A stretch of 64,000 nucleotides of DNA from Tepidisphaeraceae bacterium (GTDB lineage: Bacteria; Planctomycetota; Phycisphaerae; Tepidisphaerales; Tepidisphaeraceae). The DNA is taken from the NCBI GenBank assembly GCA_035483795.1, contig DATHPP010000425.1:9951-73950 (forward strand), in the 5' to 3' direction. Shown piece by piece: positions 9,724-18,018 of the stretch. Position 1 is the first letter of the stretch. Each line of letters starts with the position of its first letter. A program made the translations under genes and the position numbers. The notes under the pieces are model-generated. The model had not been told where the DNA came from, did not search any database, and worked only from the letters and a program-made list of their open reading frames with translations.

Positions 9724-9914
9724 GGTCTTTACTATTTGCTGTTTGACTTGCCCGGCTCACCAAGGGCATGATGGCTTCCGCTGTCCAAAAAACGTGATTC
9801 CCCCCGCGTCACAAACGGAATCACCACGAAACGCATCCGCCTCAGCGCCAAACTCGCCTCGCGCGTTATTTGGACAGCCGCTGTGTGCGGATGCTTGCGC
9901 TACGGAGAGCAAAC

Positions 9915-10118
9915 ATGAAACGCCTTTTTGAATTGATCGTCTGCCTGGCGATCGTCGCAGTGATGGTCGTCATCGCCGAGCGCCGCTACGCGAGGCCGAC
10001 GATTCCCGAGGTCCCCGACAACCTCGCCCGCTCAATGGACTCGCTCCGGGCCGAAGTCGGACCGCATACTTACCGCGGGCAGGTTTTGCCACAGCAGTCG
10101 CCCCAGCCCCAGCACTAG
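9915..10118 (+). CDS. small membrane protein (pilin-like hydrophobic N-terminus)
   Basis: ATG 9915, preceded by GGAGAG, gives MKRLFELIVCLAIVAVMVVIAERRY.... Confidence 0.5.
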   Translation: MKRLFELIVCLAIVAVMVVIAERRYARPTIPEVPDNLARSMDSLRAEVGPHTYRGQVLPQQSPQPQH

Positions 10119-10127
10119 GAGATCACC

Positions 10128-11354
10128 ATGAACGCAGGACGCACATCGAACTCACTCGCACGACGCGGTTTTTCCTTCACCGAGATTCTGTTCGCCATCA
10201 TGATCCTGGGCATCGGCTTCATTCTGGTGGCTTCCATGTTCCCGGTGGCCATCAAACAGGCAGATACCAGCAAGTCAGAGACGGTCGGCGCTCAACTCGC
10301 CCGCACCGGCGTCTCGTTCGTTCAGCAGATGGGGAGCACGAGCTTCTACCAGATTTCGCCCACGGCCGTTCCTGCTGGCGACAAGCTCTGCGTTCTGCGG
10401 CCGACCGTGCAATTTCCCGGCACTCATCTTTTCACGGATCAGGACTTGTATAACGCCATCAAGCCCGGCAGCGCTGTTGATCCAACGAACGCATTGCCGC
10501 CCTACACGGTGCCGGGAACTTACATCGTGCCTGGTGAGGTGTGGGACTTCATGCCGATCAGCCCAACCGGATTCGGCGCTGAGCCGGTCGCGGCGGTGGC
10601 TTCCGGCAGTGGTTCCGTGCCCACCAGCACGAATCTGAGTGCGCTGCTATGCTCGATGATTTCTGAGAACATGGTGCAGACCGCCGACCCGAAATACGGG
10701 TGGGTGGCATTCTACAAGCGCGACATGATCGAAACGGTGATTGCCCCGCCCGGCGGCGCCATCACGCGATCGCTGGCTTACGCGCCGTCTGCTCAGATCA
10801 TCGTTGTTGCCGTTGCCGACCGCAACGCCACGTCCTACACCACTTCCATCAACCCCAGCGGAACGCCGGCCCTTGATGTGCCCGCCGTTCCCTCATCGCC
10901 CACGCCGCCTGCGGTTGTCACTCAGCCGCCATCCCTGCAAGCGTCCCGATCCGCACCCGGTTCCCCGGCCACGATCATCCCGCCCGATGCGAATAGCCTG
11001 GACGCCACCATTAGCTTCTCCGATCCAATTCAGAACCAGCGGGCCGACGAAGGCGCGTTTGTCATTGTCGCGGCCGACGCCCAGGGGACGATGCCGCTGA
11101 GCAGCCCGTTTCATGGATTGCTGAATGGGCGAATCTACCGGCTTGGGGCATTCGACGCAGGATCGTCGCAGTGGAAGTTCGCGCCGGGGTACGGGCCATC
11201 AACCTCCGACATCACGGCGATGGCCGGCCACAACAGATTTTCCGTCTACCTGATCGGCCGAGGGCTCAACCCGGACGGCTCAACGCCGGTCTATTCGGGG
11301 CTGGCGCAGGACGTGGCCGCCTACAGCACGTTCGTTTCCTGTCCGATCAATTGA
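10128..11354 (+). CDS. prepilin-type N-terminal cleavage/methylation domain protein
   Basis: RRGFSFTEILFAIMILGIGFILVA is a class III signal with the G/F cleavage site and Glu at +5. An AGGAG Shine-Dalgarno sits upstream. The remainder of the protein is S/T/P-rich. Confidence 0.75.
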   Translation: MNAGRTSNSLARRGFSFTEILFAIMILGIGFILVASMFPVAIKQADTSKSETVGAQLARTGVSFVQQMGSTSFYQISPTAVPAGDKLCVLRPTVQFPGTHLFTDQDLYNAIKPGSAVDPTNALPPYTVPGTYIVPGEVWDFMPISPTGFGAEPVAAVASGSGSVPTSTNLSALLCSMISENMVQTADPKYGWVAFYKRDMIETVIAPPGGAITRSLAYAPSAQIIVVAVADRNATSYTTSINPSGTPALDVPAVPSSPTPPAVVTQPPSLQASRSAPGSPATIIPPDANSLDATISFSDPIQNQRADEGAFVIVAADAQGTMPLSSPFHGLLNGRIYRLGAFDAGSSQWKFAPGYGPSTSDITAMAGHNRFSVYLIGRGLNPDGSTPVYSGLAQDVAAYSTFVSCPIN

Positions 11355-11359
11355 AGCGG

Positions 11360-11992
11360 TCATCGTCCCGCTTTGAGCCGGTCGATCTGCGATTCGATGT
11401 TCTTGGACAAACTCCCCTGCAACTCGGTCTGAATGGACTCGATGCGCGAGGGATTGTTGGCCAATACGCCGATCGCCGTCGGGCCGTACAACTCGCGGAT
11501 GGGCAGGGCGGGGCGCTTCTGCACCAGCGCCTTGCGCTTGCCCTTGACCATTTGCAATCCGGCGCCCGGTTTGCGCTTGAAGACGCCCTGATGTCCTTCG
11601 CGCTGCTGACTGCCGCGCAGGGGCATGGTGGCGATGAAGGCCCCGCGGATCAACTGACTTCCCCCGCCCTTGCGCACCGACACCCTCACGCCCTGCCGCG
11701 TCTGCACGGGATGGTATTCCCCCATGGGCACTTCGTCGTGCGAGACGTTGATGCTGCCGGCGAGCACTTGCGGCGTCGAACGGTGCAGTCTCAGCGCCCG
11801 CAATGCCGCCTTCTGGCTGATGTTCAATTCCTCGGTGATGGTTTTCTTCAAGAGGGTGCGGCCGTGCTCCAGCGTCTTGTTGATCGCCCCCGACAGAGCG
11901 CGGCGGGCGCCGTTGGGGATCGAGGAGAGCATCTTCTTGACGCGGGCCTCCTCAACCGGATCGATCACCAGCTCGAAATGGATATCGGGCAT
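11360..11992 (-). CDS. minor tail / tail-completion protein, gpZ-like (tentative)
   Basis: The layout recalls lambda gpZ: ...ALSGAINKTLEHGRTLLKK...VSVRKGGGSQLIRGAFIATMP...HQGVFKRK...PIRELYGP.... This comes from memory of the family, not from a search. Confidence 0.45.
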   Translation of the reverse strand: MPDIHFELVIDPVEEARVKKMLSSIPNGARRALSGAINKTLEHGRTLLKKTITEELNISQKAALRALRLHRSTPQVLAGSINVSHDEVPMGEYHPVQTRQGVRVSVRKGGGSQLIRGAFIATMPLRGSQQREGHQGVFKRKPGAGLQMVKGKRKALVQKRPALPIRELYGPTAIGVLANNPSRIESIQTELQGSLSKNIESQIDRLKAGR

Positions 11993-11995
11993 AAT

Positions 11996-12799
11996 ATGCG
12001 TCCGATGAGTTCAACCCTCGCCAAGTCGCGCTACCGCGAAGCCCGCCAAGTGTGGACGATGGCGCAAGCGGTTGCAGCCTGGCAAGCGCATTTCCCGGCG
12101 ATCCGCCAGCGCGCGGCCGTGATGGGCCAAATTTCGCGCAATATCGATCAGTCGCTCGGATCGCAATGGCGCGAAGTGGATGTGGAAGCGTTCTTGGCCG
12201 AATTTGATCCCTCACGCTCTTATTCGCGAAAGTGGTGGGAACAGAAACTCGGCAGCGCGGGATTCGCACGCGAGATCGAGATCGACCACTACATGATCGT
12301 GCGCGAGGCCTTCGCCCACACGTTTTCCTTTACCATCCCCTCGACCGAAGCATTAAACGCGATCCGGTCATTCATCGGCGATGCGCCGGTCATCGAATAT
12401 TTCGCCGGTCGAGGCTATTGGGCTTATCTGCTCAACCGGGAGTTTGGCGTGCAGATCACCGCCACCGACCGCAATCAGGTCCAGGGTGAACACAGCTTTG
12501 ACTGCTCGGGTGGCGGAAGCTTCATGCCCGTCGATCCCCTGGACATCGGCGGAGCGCGCCTTCCCAATGGGTTTGTCGCCATGATCGCGTGGATTCCTTA
12601 TCTGAGCACGGCCGCCGATCGATTCCTCAAGCGCATGCAGCCGGGTGAAAAACTGATCCTGATCGGCGAATGGGGCGGTTGCTGCGCCGCCGATTCGACC
12701 TTCGACATTCTGGAAAAGCATTTCGAGCAGGTCAGTGAGTTCGCCGTCCCGCAGTTCTACGGCCTGCACGATCGCGGCTGTTTTCTGGAGCGGCGCTAG
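11996..12799 (+). CDS. class I methyltransferase-like protein (tentative)
   Basis: Only the part of track ORF 11171..12799 from ATG 11996 is credible; the upstream part is antisense to 11360..11992. VIEYFAGRGYWAYLL followed by ITATD resembles SAM motifs I/II. Confidence 0.45.
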   Translation: MRPMSSTLAKSRYREARQVWTMAQAVAAWQAHFPAIRQRAAVMGQISRNIDQSLGSQWREVDVEAFLAEFDPSRSYSRKWWEQKLGSAGFAREIEIDHYMIVREAFAHTFSFTIPSTEALNAIRSFIGDAPVIEYFAGRGYWAYLLNREFGVQITATDRNQVQGEHSFDCSGGGSFMPVDPLDIGGARLPNGFVAMIAWIPYLSTAADRFLKRMQPGEKLILIGEWGGCCAADSTFDILEKHFEQVSEFAVPQFYGLHDRGCFLERR

Positions 12800-13122
12800 A
12801 ACTCCTCCTCCTCCCCATCGATCTTCACCGGCGCGCCGCGGGCGAGCTTGTGCATCTGCTCCTGCTGTCTGACAAACTCGATCGCCTCAAGAAAAATAGC
12901 GGCCTGGTCGTACAGGCCGCCGGCCGCCGGATAGCGTCCGGCTTTGAAATCGGGCAGGAGGTTGAGGATCTCCCATACGTCCGGGGTGACGAAATCCAGC
13001 GGGCAAGCCGTCAATCGCTCGGCCTCGAAGCGCCGGCCTCCGCAGCGCGGGCAGACGCGCTCGCCGTTCTGATCGAAGCCGCTGGTGCCCTGGCCGCCGC
13101 ACTCCAGGCAGGGGATGTTCAA
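12796..13122 (-). CDS. DnaJ-type zinc-finger protein, probably the -1 frame extension of the chaperone-like gene
   Basis: CLECGGQGTS and CPRCGGRRF motifs are present. The track start is TTG. The same frame is open and Cys-rich upstream as far as the A9 run (see finding). Confidence 0.55.
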   Translation of the reverse strand: MNIPCLECGGQGTSGFDQNGERVCPRCGGRRFEAERLTACPLDFVTPDVWEILNLLPDFKAGRYPAAGGLYDQAAIFLEAIEFVRQQEQMHKLARGAPVKIDGEEEEF

Positions 13123-13610
13123 GCCGTCGGCGTCGCAGGTGGGTTTGAAGCACTTTCGCTTGGTGCGGCAGGGGGGATCGGTGAGGCAGAGTTTGCCCCA
13201 GCGGATTGCCGCTCCAATAGCAAGGCTTTTTTTTTGTCTACGTGCATCCTGATGGCGTTCTCCGTGCCCAGATCGAGCAGCTCGTACTTGTCCACCAGAT
13301 CGATGATGTCGTCGAAGTTCGGGATGCCGTTCTCGTCGCGCTTGAACTCGACCGGCTTGCCTTCGCGGTCGGTGAGGTTCTTCCAGCCCATGTAGATGAT
13401 GCCCAGGGCCTCGTCGAGCTTGGCCTCGGATTCTTCATTGCTCAGGCGCGCACTCTGGGAGCGCAGTTCTTCTTCCAGCTTCTGAATCCGCTTGGCCTCG
13501 CGGCGGGTGACGAAGCGGGCGAGAAACGTCGGGCGCGTTTCCTCGGGCTTGGCCTGGTCGGTAATCAGAACCACGGGGAAGGTTTCGGTGGGATCGCAGC
13601 TCAAAGGCAT
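13119..13610 (-). CDS. tail assembly chaperone-like protein (gpG position)
   Basis: 163-aa acidic protein between the tube-like gene and the tape-measure module. It contains GAC AAA AAA AAA GCC near its 3' end and has a low-complexity tail. Confidence 0.5.
   Translation of the reverse strand: MPLSCDPTETFPVVLITDQAKPEETRPTFLARFVTRREAKRIQKLEEELRSQSARLSNEESEAKLDEALGIIYMGWKNLTDREGKPVEFKRDENGIPNFDDIIDLVDKYELLDLGTENAIRMHVDKKKALLLERQSAGANSASPIPPAAPSESASNPPATPTA
13227..13235 (-). other. candidate -1 recoding site (A AAA AAA)
   Basis: A nine-A run on the coding strand. A -1 shift here enters the frame of 12796..13122. Confidence 0.4.
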
Positions 13611-13613
13611 AGG

Positions 13614-14327
13614 TCATTTTTCCTTACGGGGAATCCGACGCACGGGACCGTCTTCAATCTTGTGGCATCCGTTGCAAAGCCATCGCACGTCCAGGCGATG
13701 CTTGCGCGCGTAACCCTTGTGGTGATGGGCGGTGAGCCGTCGTCGTTTCCCGCAGCGTTGACAACGTTCCGGTTTTTGCAATCGTCCATCGCGCAGCGCA
13801 TTTGCGACGTGGTAACGGGCGGCGATTTTTCCCGCGTGGTGTTGTTTCTCGCGGGCATGGGCGGCTGCGAAAACCCGTTTGCCGCGGGCGGTTTCCCGGT
13901 ACTGCTTTTGGTACTCGATCAGCTCGTCGCGGTGCTGGCGATAATATCGATGCGCACGTTTTTTTATTCGCGACTTCACCTCCGGTCGCGATCGATATTC
14001 CGCACTTTCTGCTAAATAGCGCTCGCGGTAGCGCAGGTAACGGGCACGCTGTTGCGCAGCCACTTTCTCAGGATTTTCCAAACGGTAGCGCCGCACTGCC
14101 GCCAGTCGTTCCTTGCGATGACGCCGATAGTGTTCGCGGGACCGCTTTCGCAGTTCATCTCCCTTGGCGATCGTCCGAGCCTTCATGTAGGCGGATACGC
14201 ACTTCTTACACTTGGCTTGGCGACCATCTTTAGACCGCGCATTTTTGCTGAATGATGAAAGAAAAAGGTAACGGCGACATTTCTGACAGCGCTTTTTTGC
14301 CATCCCCGGACAATACCCGAATGGCAT
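13614..14327 (-). CDS. HNH endonuclease (free-standing, homing-type)
   Basis: The C-terminus CQRCGKRRRLTAHHHKGYARKHRLDVRWLCNGCHK is an HNH motif. The N-terminus is a zinc ribbon (CQKCRR...CKKC), and the middle has basic Y/R-rich repeats. The flanks look lower in GC. Confidence 0.75.
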   Translation of the reverse strand: MPFGYCPGMAKKRCQKCRRYLFLSSFSKNARSKDGRQAKCKKCVSAYMKARTIAKGDELRKRSREHYRRHRKERLAAVRRYRLENPEKVAAQQRARYLRYRERYLAESAEYRSRPEVKSRIKKRAHRYYRQHRDELIEYQKQYRETARGKRVFAAAHAREKQHHAGKIAARYHVANALRDGRLQKPERCQRCGKRRRLTAHHHKGYARKHRLDVRWLCNGCHKIEDGPVRRIPRKEK

Positions 14328-14348
14328 CGCGTTTACTATTACATTCTG

Positions 14349-15311
14349 CTAATTAAAAGTTAATGAATAGTCATCGTCTCCAGAAGTCCGGGTCGCAATA
14401 AACTCCAACGTGTCCGCCATCACGCCCTCGCGGTCCTCATCCTGCGGCGGGTTATTCAACTGCGCCTTGGGGGCGGAGAACTGGAGTTGGTTGCCCGCCG
14501 GGCCAGCGGTGAAGGCGAAGTTGTAGGTGGTCTGCGCGGTATGGGCCGCGAAAAAGTCCAGCGTCGAGAGCAGGTAGCTTTCCGGGGCAATACGGATTAG
14601 AGGCTCGCGATCGGTGACGATGCCGCCGCGGAATCCGGTGCCGACCGGGGTGGAAGCGCTATCGACGGCGGATTGGTCCTGTCTCAGATAGAGCTTATTT
14701 CCCGAATGAAACTCGAAATTGGGGAAGCGCATCGACTGGCCGCCCACCGTGACCGTCACTCCCGCGAAGCGCGGCGGAATCGTCGTCGGATAGGTAATGC
14801 CGCCGGGGATGGCCGTCGTCGAAGGGCTCTGCCAGACGCCGTCGAAAGTCCACTCGAAATAGATTGGGTTCCCCGCCTGCGCCCGGATGACGAAGTCGCC
14901 AGCGCAACCGGCCAGGAGCTTCAAGCGCCCGGCCTGGAACAAACCGATCGAGATGGTGTTGATCGGGCTGGCCGGGGTGGGGGTGAAGGGAGAGAAGGGG
15001 CTGCTGGTGCCGGGACCCAAACCGCAAGCCGGCAGAAGCAAGCTGGCCCAGGCCGGGGCGCCGGCAGTGGAGAAGAACTCGGTGCGGAACGTCGCCTTGC
15101 CGGCGCGGGCGCCGGGGATGGTGAGCAGCTTGGAAAGATACTGCTGTCCCTGGCGGACATTGGGCTTGATGTCCGGGGTGATCTTGGGATCGAAGACGGC
15201 GCTGAACAGTTGGCAGTCGGAGCTGCCGGGCGTGACGACGACGCCGGTCGTAGCCTCGAGTTTTGCGCCGAAAACTCGGTTGCGTACTAACAAGTTTGGG
15301 TCGAACGCCAT
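14349..15311 (-). CDS. major tail tube-like protein
   Basis: 320-aa beta-rich protein upstream of the chaperone-like gene, with a C-terminal acidic tail. The call rests on position and composition. Confidence 0.5.
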   Translation of the reverse strand: MAFDPNLLVRNRVFGAKLEATTGVVVTPGSSDCQLFSAVFDPKITPDIKPNVRQGQQYLSKLLTIPGARAGKATFRTEFFSTAGAPAWASLLLPACGLGPGTSSPFSPFTPTPASPINTISIGLFQAGRLKLLAGCAGDFVIRAQAGNPIYFEWTFDGVWQSPSTTAIPGGITYPTTIPPRFAGVTVTVGGQSMRFPNFEFHSGNKLYLRQDQSAVDSASTPVGTGFRGGIVTDREPLIRIAPESYLLSTLDFFAAHTAQTTYNFAFTAGPAGNQLQFSAPKAQLNNPPQDEDREGVMADTLEFIATRTSGDDDYSLTFN

Positions 15312-15363
15312 TTGGGTTTACCTCGGGTGAATTGTCGGGGGAGAGTCGAAGGGATTAGGATCG

Positions 15364-15645
15364 TTGCCCATGCAGTGGCCGATGCAGCCGTTTCAGATGC
15401 CGAGCTTTTTCGCGCCAGTGGGTGGCCCGCCAACTCCACCGACAGAAGAAGAAAAACTCGCGCGGCAAATCCGCATATGGCTCAAGTTCGAGCCGGGGAT
15501 GAAACTGCGACGCATCGCGCGGAACTCTTGGATTTACGGGCGCGCCGCTAAACCGCTGGAAATCGAGGAGGTCTTAGTGCAGTTGATCCGGGAGGGCGTC
15601 GTGGTCATGTCCAATGGCGGGTTCCGTCTGGTCGATGCGCGCTAA
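15364..15645 (+). CDS. hypothetical small protein
   Basis: 93 aa. It overlaps 15574..15876 convergently by 72 nt, so one of the two may be spurious. Confidence 0.3.
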   Translation: MPMQWPMQPFQMPSFFAPVGGPPTPPTEEEKLARQIRIWLKFEPGMKLRRIARNSWIYGRAAKPLEIEEVLVQLIREGVVVMSNGGFRLVDAR

Positions 15646-15876
15646 CGGAGCGGAGACGTTGACGGTCGGCGCTTCCATGGTACGGCCGTGGTCGATCGCC
15701 TTCTGTGGCGTCTCGAACTCGATCCGATGGCCATCCTCGGTGATCAGGTAATACAGCGGCGGGCGCGAAGGCGAGAAGCTGACCCACACGTCAAAGTGCA
15801 GATCGCTATGCACCGGCTGGCCCGGATGTTCACCACCTCGAGCGCCCGCGAAATCATGGAATTGTTTGAATGGCAT
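15574..15876 (-). CDS. hypothetical small protein
   Basis: 100 aa in operon orientation, directly downstream of the heptamer hairpin at 15884-15967. Confidence 0.35.
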   Translation of the reverse strand: MPFKQFHDFAGARGGEHPGQPVHSDLHFDVWVSFSPSRPPLYYLITEDGHRIEFETPQKAIDHGRTMEAPTVNVSAPLARIDQTEPAIGHDHDALPDQLH

Positions 15877-15883
15877 GATGTTT

Positions 15884-15967
15884 GGTCATTTGTCACTGGT
15901 CACTGGTCATTGGTCACTTGCCCGAGCCGCGCGGCAAAACAAATGACCAGTGGCAAATGACCAGTGA
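15884..15967. repeat. inverted heptamer-array element (family C), copy 1
   Basis: Five GTCAYTK units (GTCATTT GTCACTG GTCACTG GTCATTG GTCACTT), an 18-nt spacer, then the complementary units caaatgaccagtggcaaatgaccagtgac. Confidence 0.8.
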
Positions 15968-15978
15968 CGCCGGGCGCT

Positions 15979-17904
15979 TCACGCCCGGAAGCTGTACGGA
16001 TCGTTCCAGTTGGTTCGGTATTCGACGTAGACGCGCGTGATGACCCCTTCGTGCTCGCCCGCCTCGCGCTCGAACCACGACGGCGGCGCCGGCAGCGTAT
16101 TGGCCGCCAGACCGCCGCGGTGGGGATCGAGCTGGAGCGCCTTCTCGATGTCGGCGCGGACGATCAGGACCAGTTGATCGGCGGGGATGGGCGGTGAACC
16201 GCTCGGTCCTGGCTCGGGCTGGGCGCAGGTGGCGATGATCTCGAATTCCTGAATCCAGCATTGGATGTTGTTGCACTGGAGTTCGCGGTTCCACTGCGCT
16301 CCGCCGAGTTGCACGTCGGCGACGACGGTGATGCCGTCCGTCCCCACTTCACCCAAGCGATCGGGCTCGGTCGAATAGCAGTTGCACTGGTAGCCTTGCT
16401 CGACCGAGATGTCTCCGACGACCTGGAGGATGTTCTGGCGGATGCGCTCGATCAGGGGGAGATTGCCGCCCAGGAGTGTGGCGCCGGCGGTGACGATGCT
16501 GAACGAGTGCTGATGGAAGAACGAGCCGGTGGCGAATACGTCGTTGGCCTGGACCGTGAAGGTGCTGCTGCCGGCGGTGGTGGGCGTGCCGGAAATCGTC
16601 CCCGTCGAAGCATTCAGAGTGAGGCCGGCCGGAAGGCTCCCGGATGCGATGCTGAAATTCTGGCTGGTTCCCTGCGTCTTGGCGATCTGGAGGGCCTGAG
16701 AATAAACCTGGCCCACGACCGCACTGGCGACTGAGGCGGTGGTGATGTTGATCAGGTCAAACTCGACGACGCGGTATTTGAAACTTTCGTAACCATAGAG
16801 GACGTTGTTGACGGGATCGAAGGCGTGACCCGGCTCCAGTCCGGTGAAGGCGCTTTGCGAAGTTCCCGCATTGCTGCTGACCCAATCGGCGGCGTTGAGG
16901 TTCTGGCTGGCGTTGGCGCCGTTGAAACTGGAGGTCGCGCTGTTGGGAACGATAAACTCGACGATGCGGACGTTACTGGAGTCGCAAGCCCAGAGCCGGT
17001 TCGCCGTCGAATCGTAATTCAGATCGTCGGGACCGTTCAATCCGTTCTGCGTATAGGTGCTGCCGGCGTAGTGGGTGAAGTCGGCTTGCCCGAGCACGAA
17101 GGTCGCGTTCTCACCGTTGATGCCGCTGCCTGATCCGGGGGGCGCGCTAAAGCACAAGATACGGTTGTTGGCCGAATCGGAGACGAACACGCGGGCATTG
17201 ACCGGATCGTATGCGATCCCAAAGGGGCTGGTCATCCCCGCTTGTCCGTTGCCTGCGACCTTGGCGGTGAAACTCGATTGACCCAGGACGAACGAGGCGG
17301 CCGGGTTGCTGGCGCTGGAATCGTAGACGCCGTTGGCGACCGGGAAGCACATGACCCGGTTGTTGCCCGAGTCGCTCACAAACAATCTTCCGTTGACCGC
17401 GTCATAATCGATGTCGTCCGGTCCGGCCAGTCCGGTTTGGGTTGTGGCCGATCCGTTGTGAGTAAAGTCGGTCTGCCCGATGACAAAAACCGCTGCGGCA
17501 AAATCGGTCAGATTCCCCGGCCGGCAATCGAAACAGAGGACGCGACGGAGGCCGCTATCGCTGAGGAACAAGCGGGCGTTGGCGTTGTCATAGCAGAGAT
17601 TGCAAAAACGAAAAGTCTGTGACGTGGTCGCCCCGCTGCCGACGACGTTGAAATTGGCGGCGCCCAGCACGTGAATGGGAAGGATGGGCATCGTTCCCGG
17701 CACGCGATTGTTGTTGTCCAGTTGGAAAACCAGGACGCGGTTGTTTACGTCGTCCGCCACAAACAGGCGGTGCTGAACGGTATCGAGCGCGATGCTGGTG
17801 GTCTGATTGACTCCCTGCGAAGTGGTACTGCCGCTGGGCGAGTTCACGACGTTGGCCGTGAAGCTGGTCTGACCCAGGACGATGGAACAGTTCAGGATGG
17901 CCAT
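15979..17904 (-). CDS. NHL-repeat beta-propeller plus Ig-like domain protein with a distinct C-terminal domain (virion-displayed?)
   Basis: Repeated ...NRVLVF / NNRVMCF / NNRILCF motifs are NHL-type. SGSLPAGLTLNASTGTISGTPTTAGSSTFTVQA resembles a bacterial Ig-like domain. The last ~150 aa are unrelated to the rest. Confidence 0.7.
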   Translation of the reverse strand: MAILNCSIVLGQTSFTANVVNSPSGSTTSQGVNQTTSIALDTVQHRLFVADDVNNRVLVFQLDNNNRVPGTMPILPIHVLGAANFNVVGSGATTSQTFRFCNLCYDNANARLFLSDSGLRRVLCFDCRPGNLTDFAAAVFVIGQTDFTHNGSATTQTGLAGPDDIDYDAVNGRLFVSDSGNNRVMCFPVANGVYDSSASNPAASFVLGQSSFTAKVAGNGQAGMTSPFGIAYDPVNARVFVSDSANNRILCFSAPPGSGSGINGENATFVLGQADFTHYAGSTYTQNGLNGPDDLNYDSTANRLWACDSSNVRIVEFIVPNSATSSFNGANASQNLNAADWVSSNAGTSQSAFTGLEPGHAFDPVNNVLYGYESFKYRVVEFDLINITTASVASAVVGQVYSQALQIAKTQGTSQNFSIASGSLPAGLTLNASTGTISGTPTTAGSSTFTVQANDVFATGSFFHQHSFSIVTAGATLLGGNLPLIERIRQNILQVVGDISVEQGYQCNCYSTEPDRLGEVGTDGITVVADVQLGGAQWNRELQCNNIQCWIQEFEIIATCAQPEPGPSGSPPIPADQLVLIVRADIEKALQLDPHRGGLAANTLPAPPSWFEREAGEHEGVITRVYVEYRTNWNDPYSFRA

Positions 17905-17910
17905 GGTTCG

Positions 17911-18018
17911 AGGAGGAGGGGGTGAGGGGGGAGGAGGAGGGGGTGAGGGGGAGAAGGGGCGAGGGGGTGAAGGACAGAAGCTCTCCCCCTCGCCCCCTCA
18001 CCCACTCTCCCCCTCTCT
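17911..18018. repeat. family A G-run element, inverted pair (long hairpin) between two genes
   Basis: The G-rich arm is 17911-17970 and the C-rich arm tctccccctcgccccctcacccactctccccctctc is 17981-18018. The pair exactly fills the gap between the stop at 18019 and the start at 17904. Confidence 0.75.

Noticed and set aside
11171-11995. N-terminal two thirds of the 542-aa plus-strand ORF 11171..12799.
   Set aside because: This part is antisense to the gpZ-like gene 11360..11992 and overlaps the pilin-type gene. Only the part from ATG 11996 looks like a real protein.
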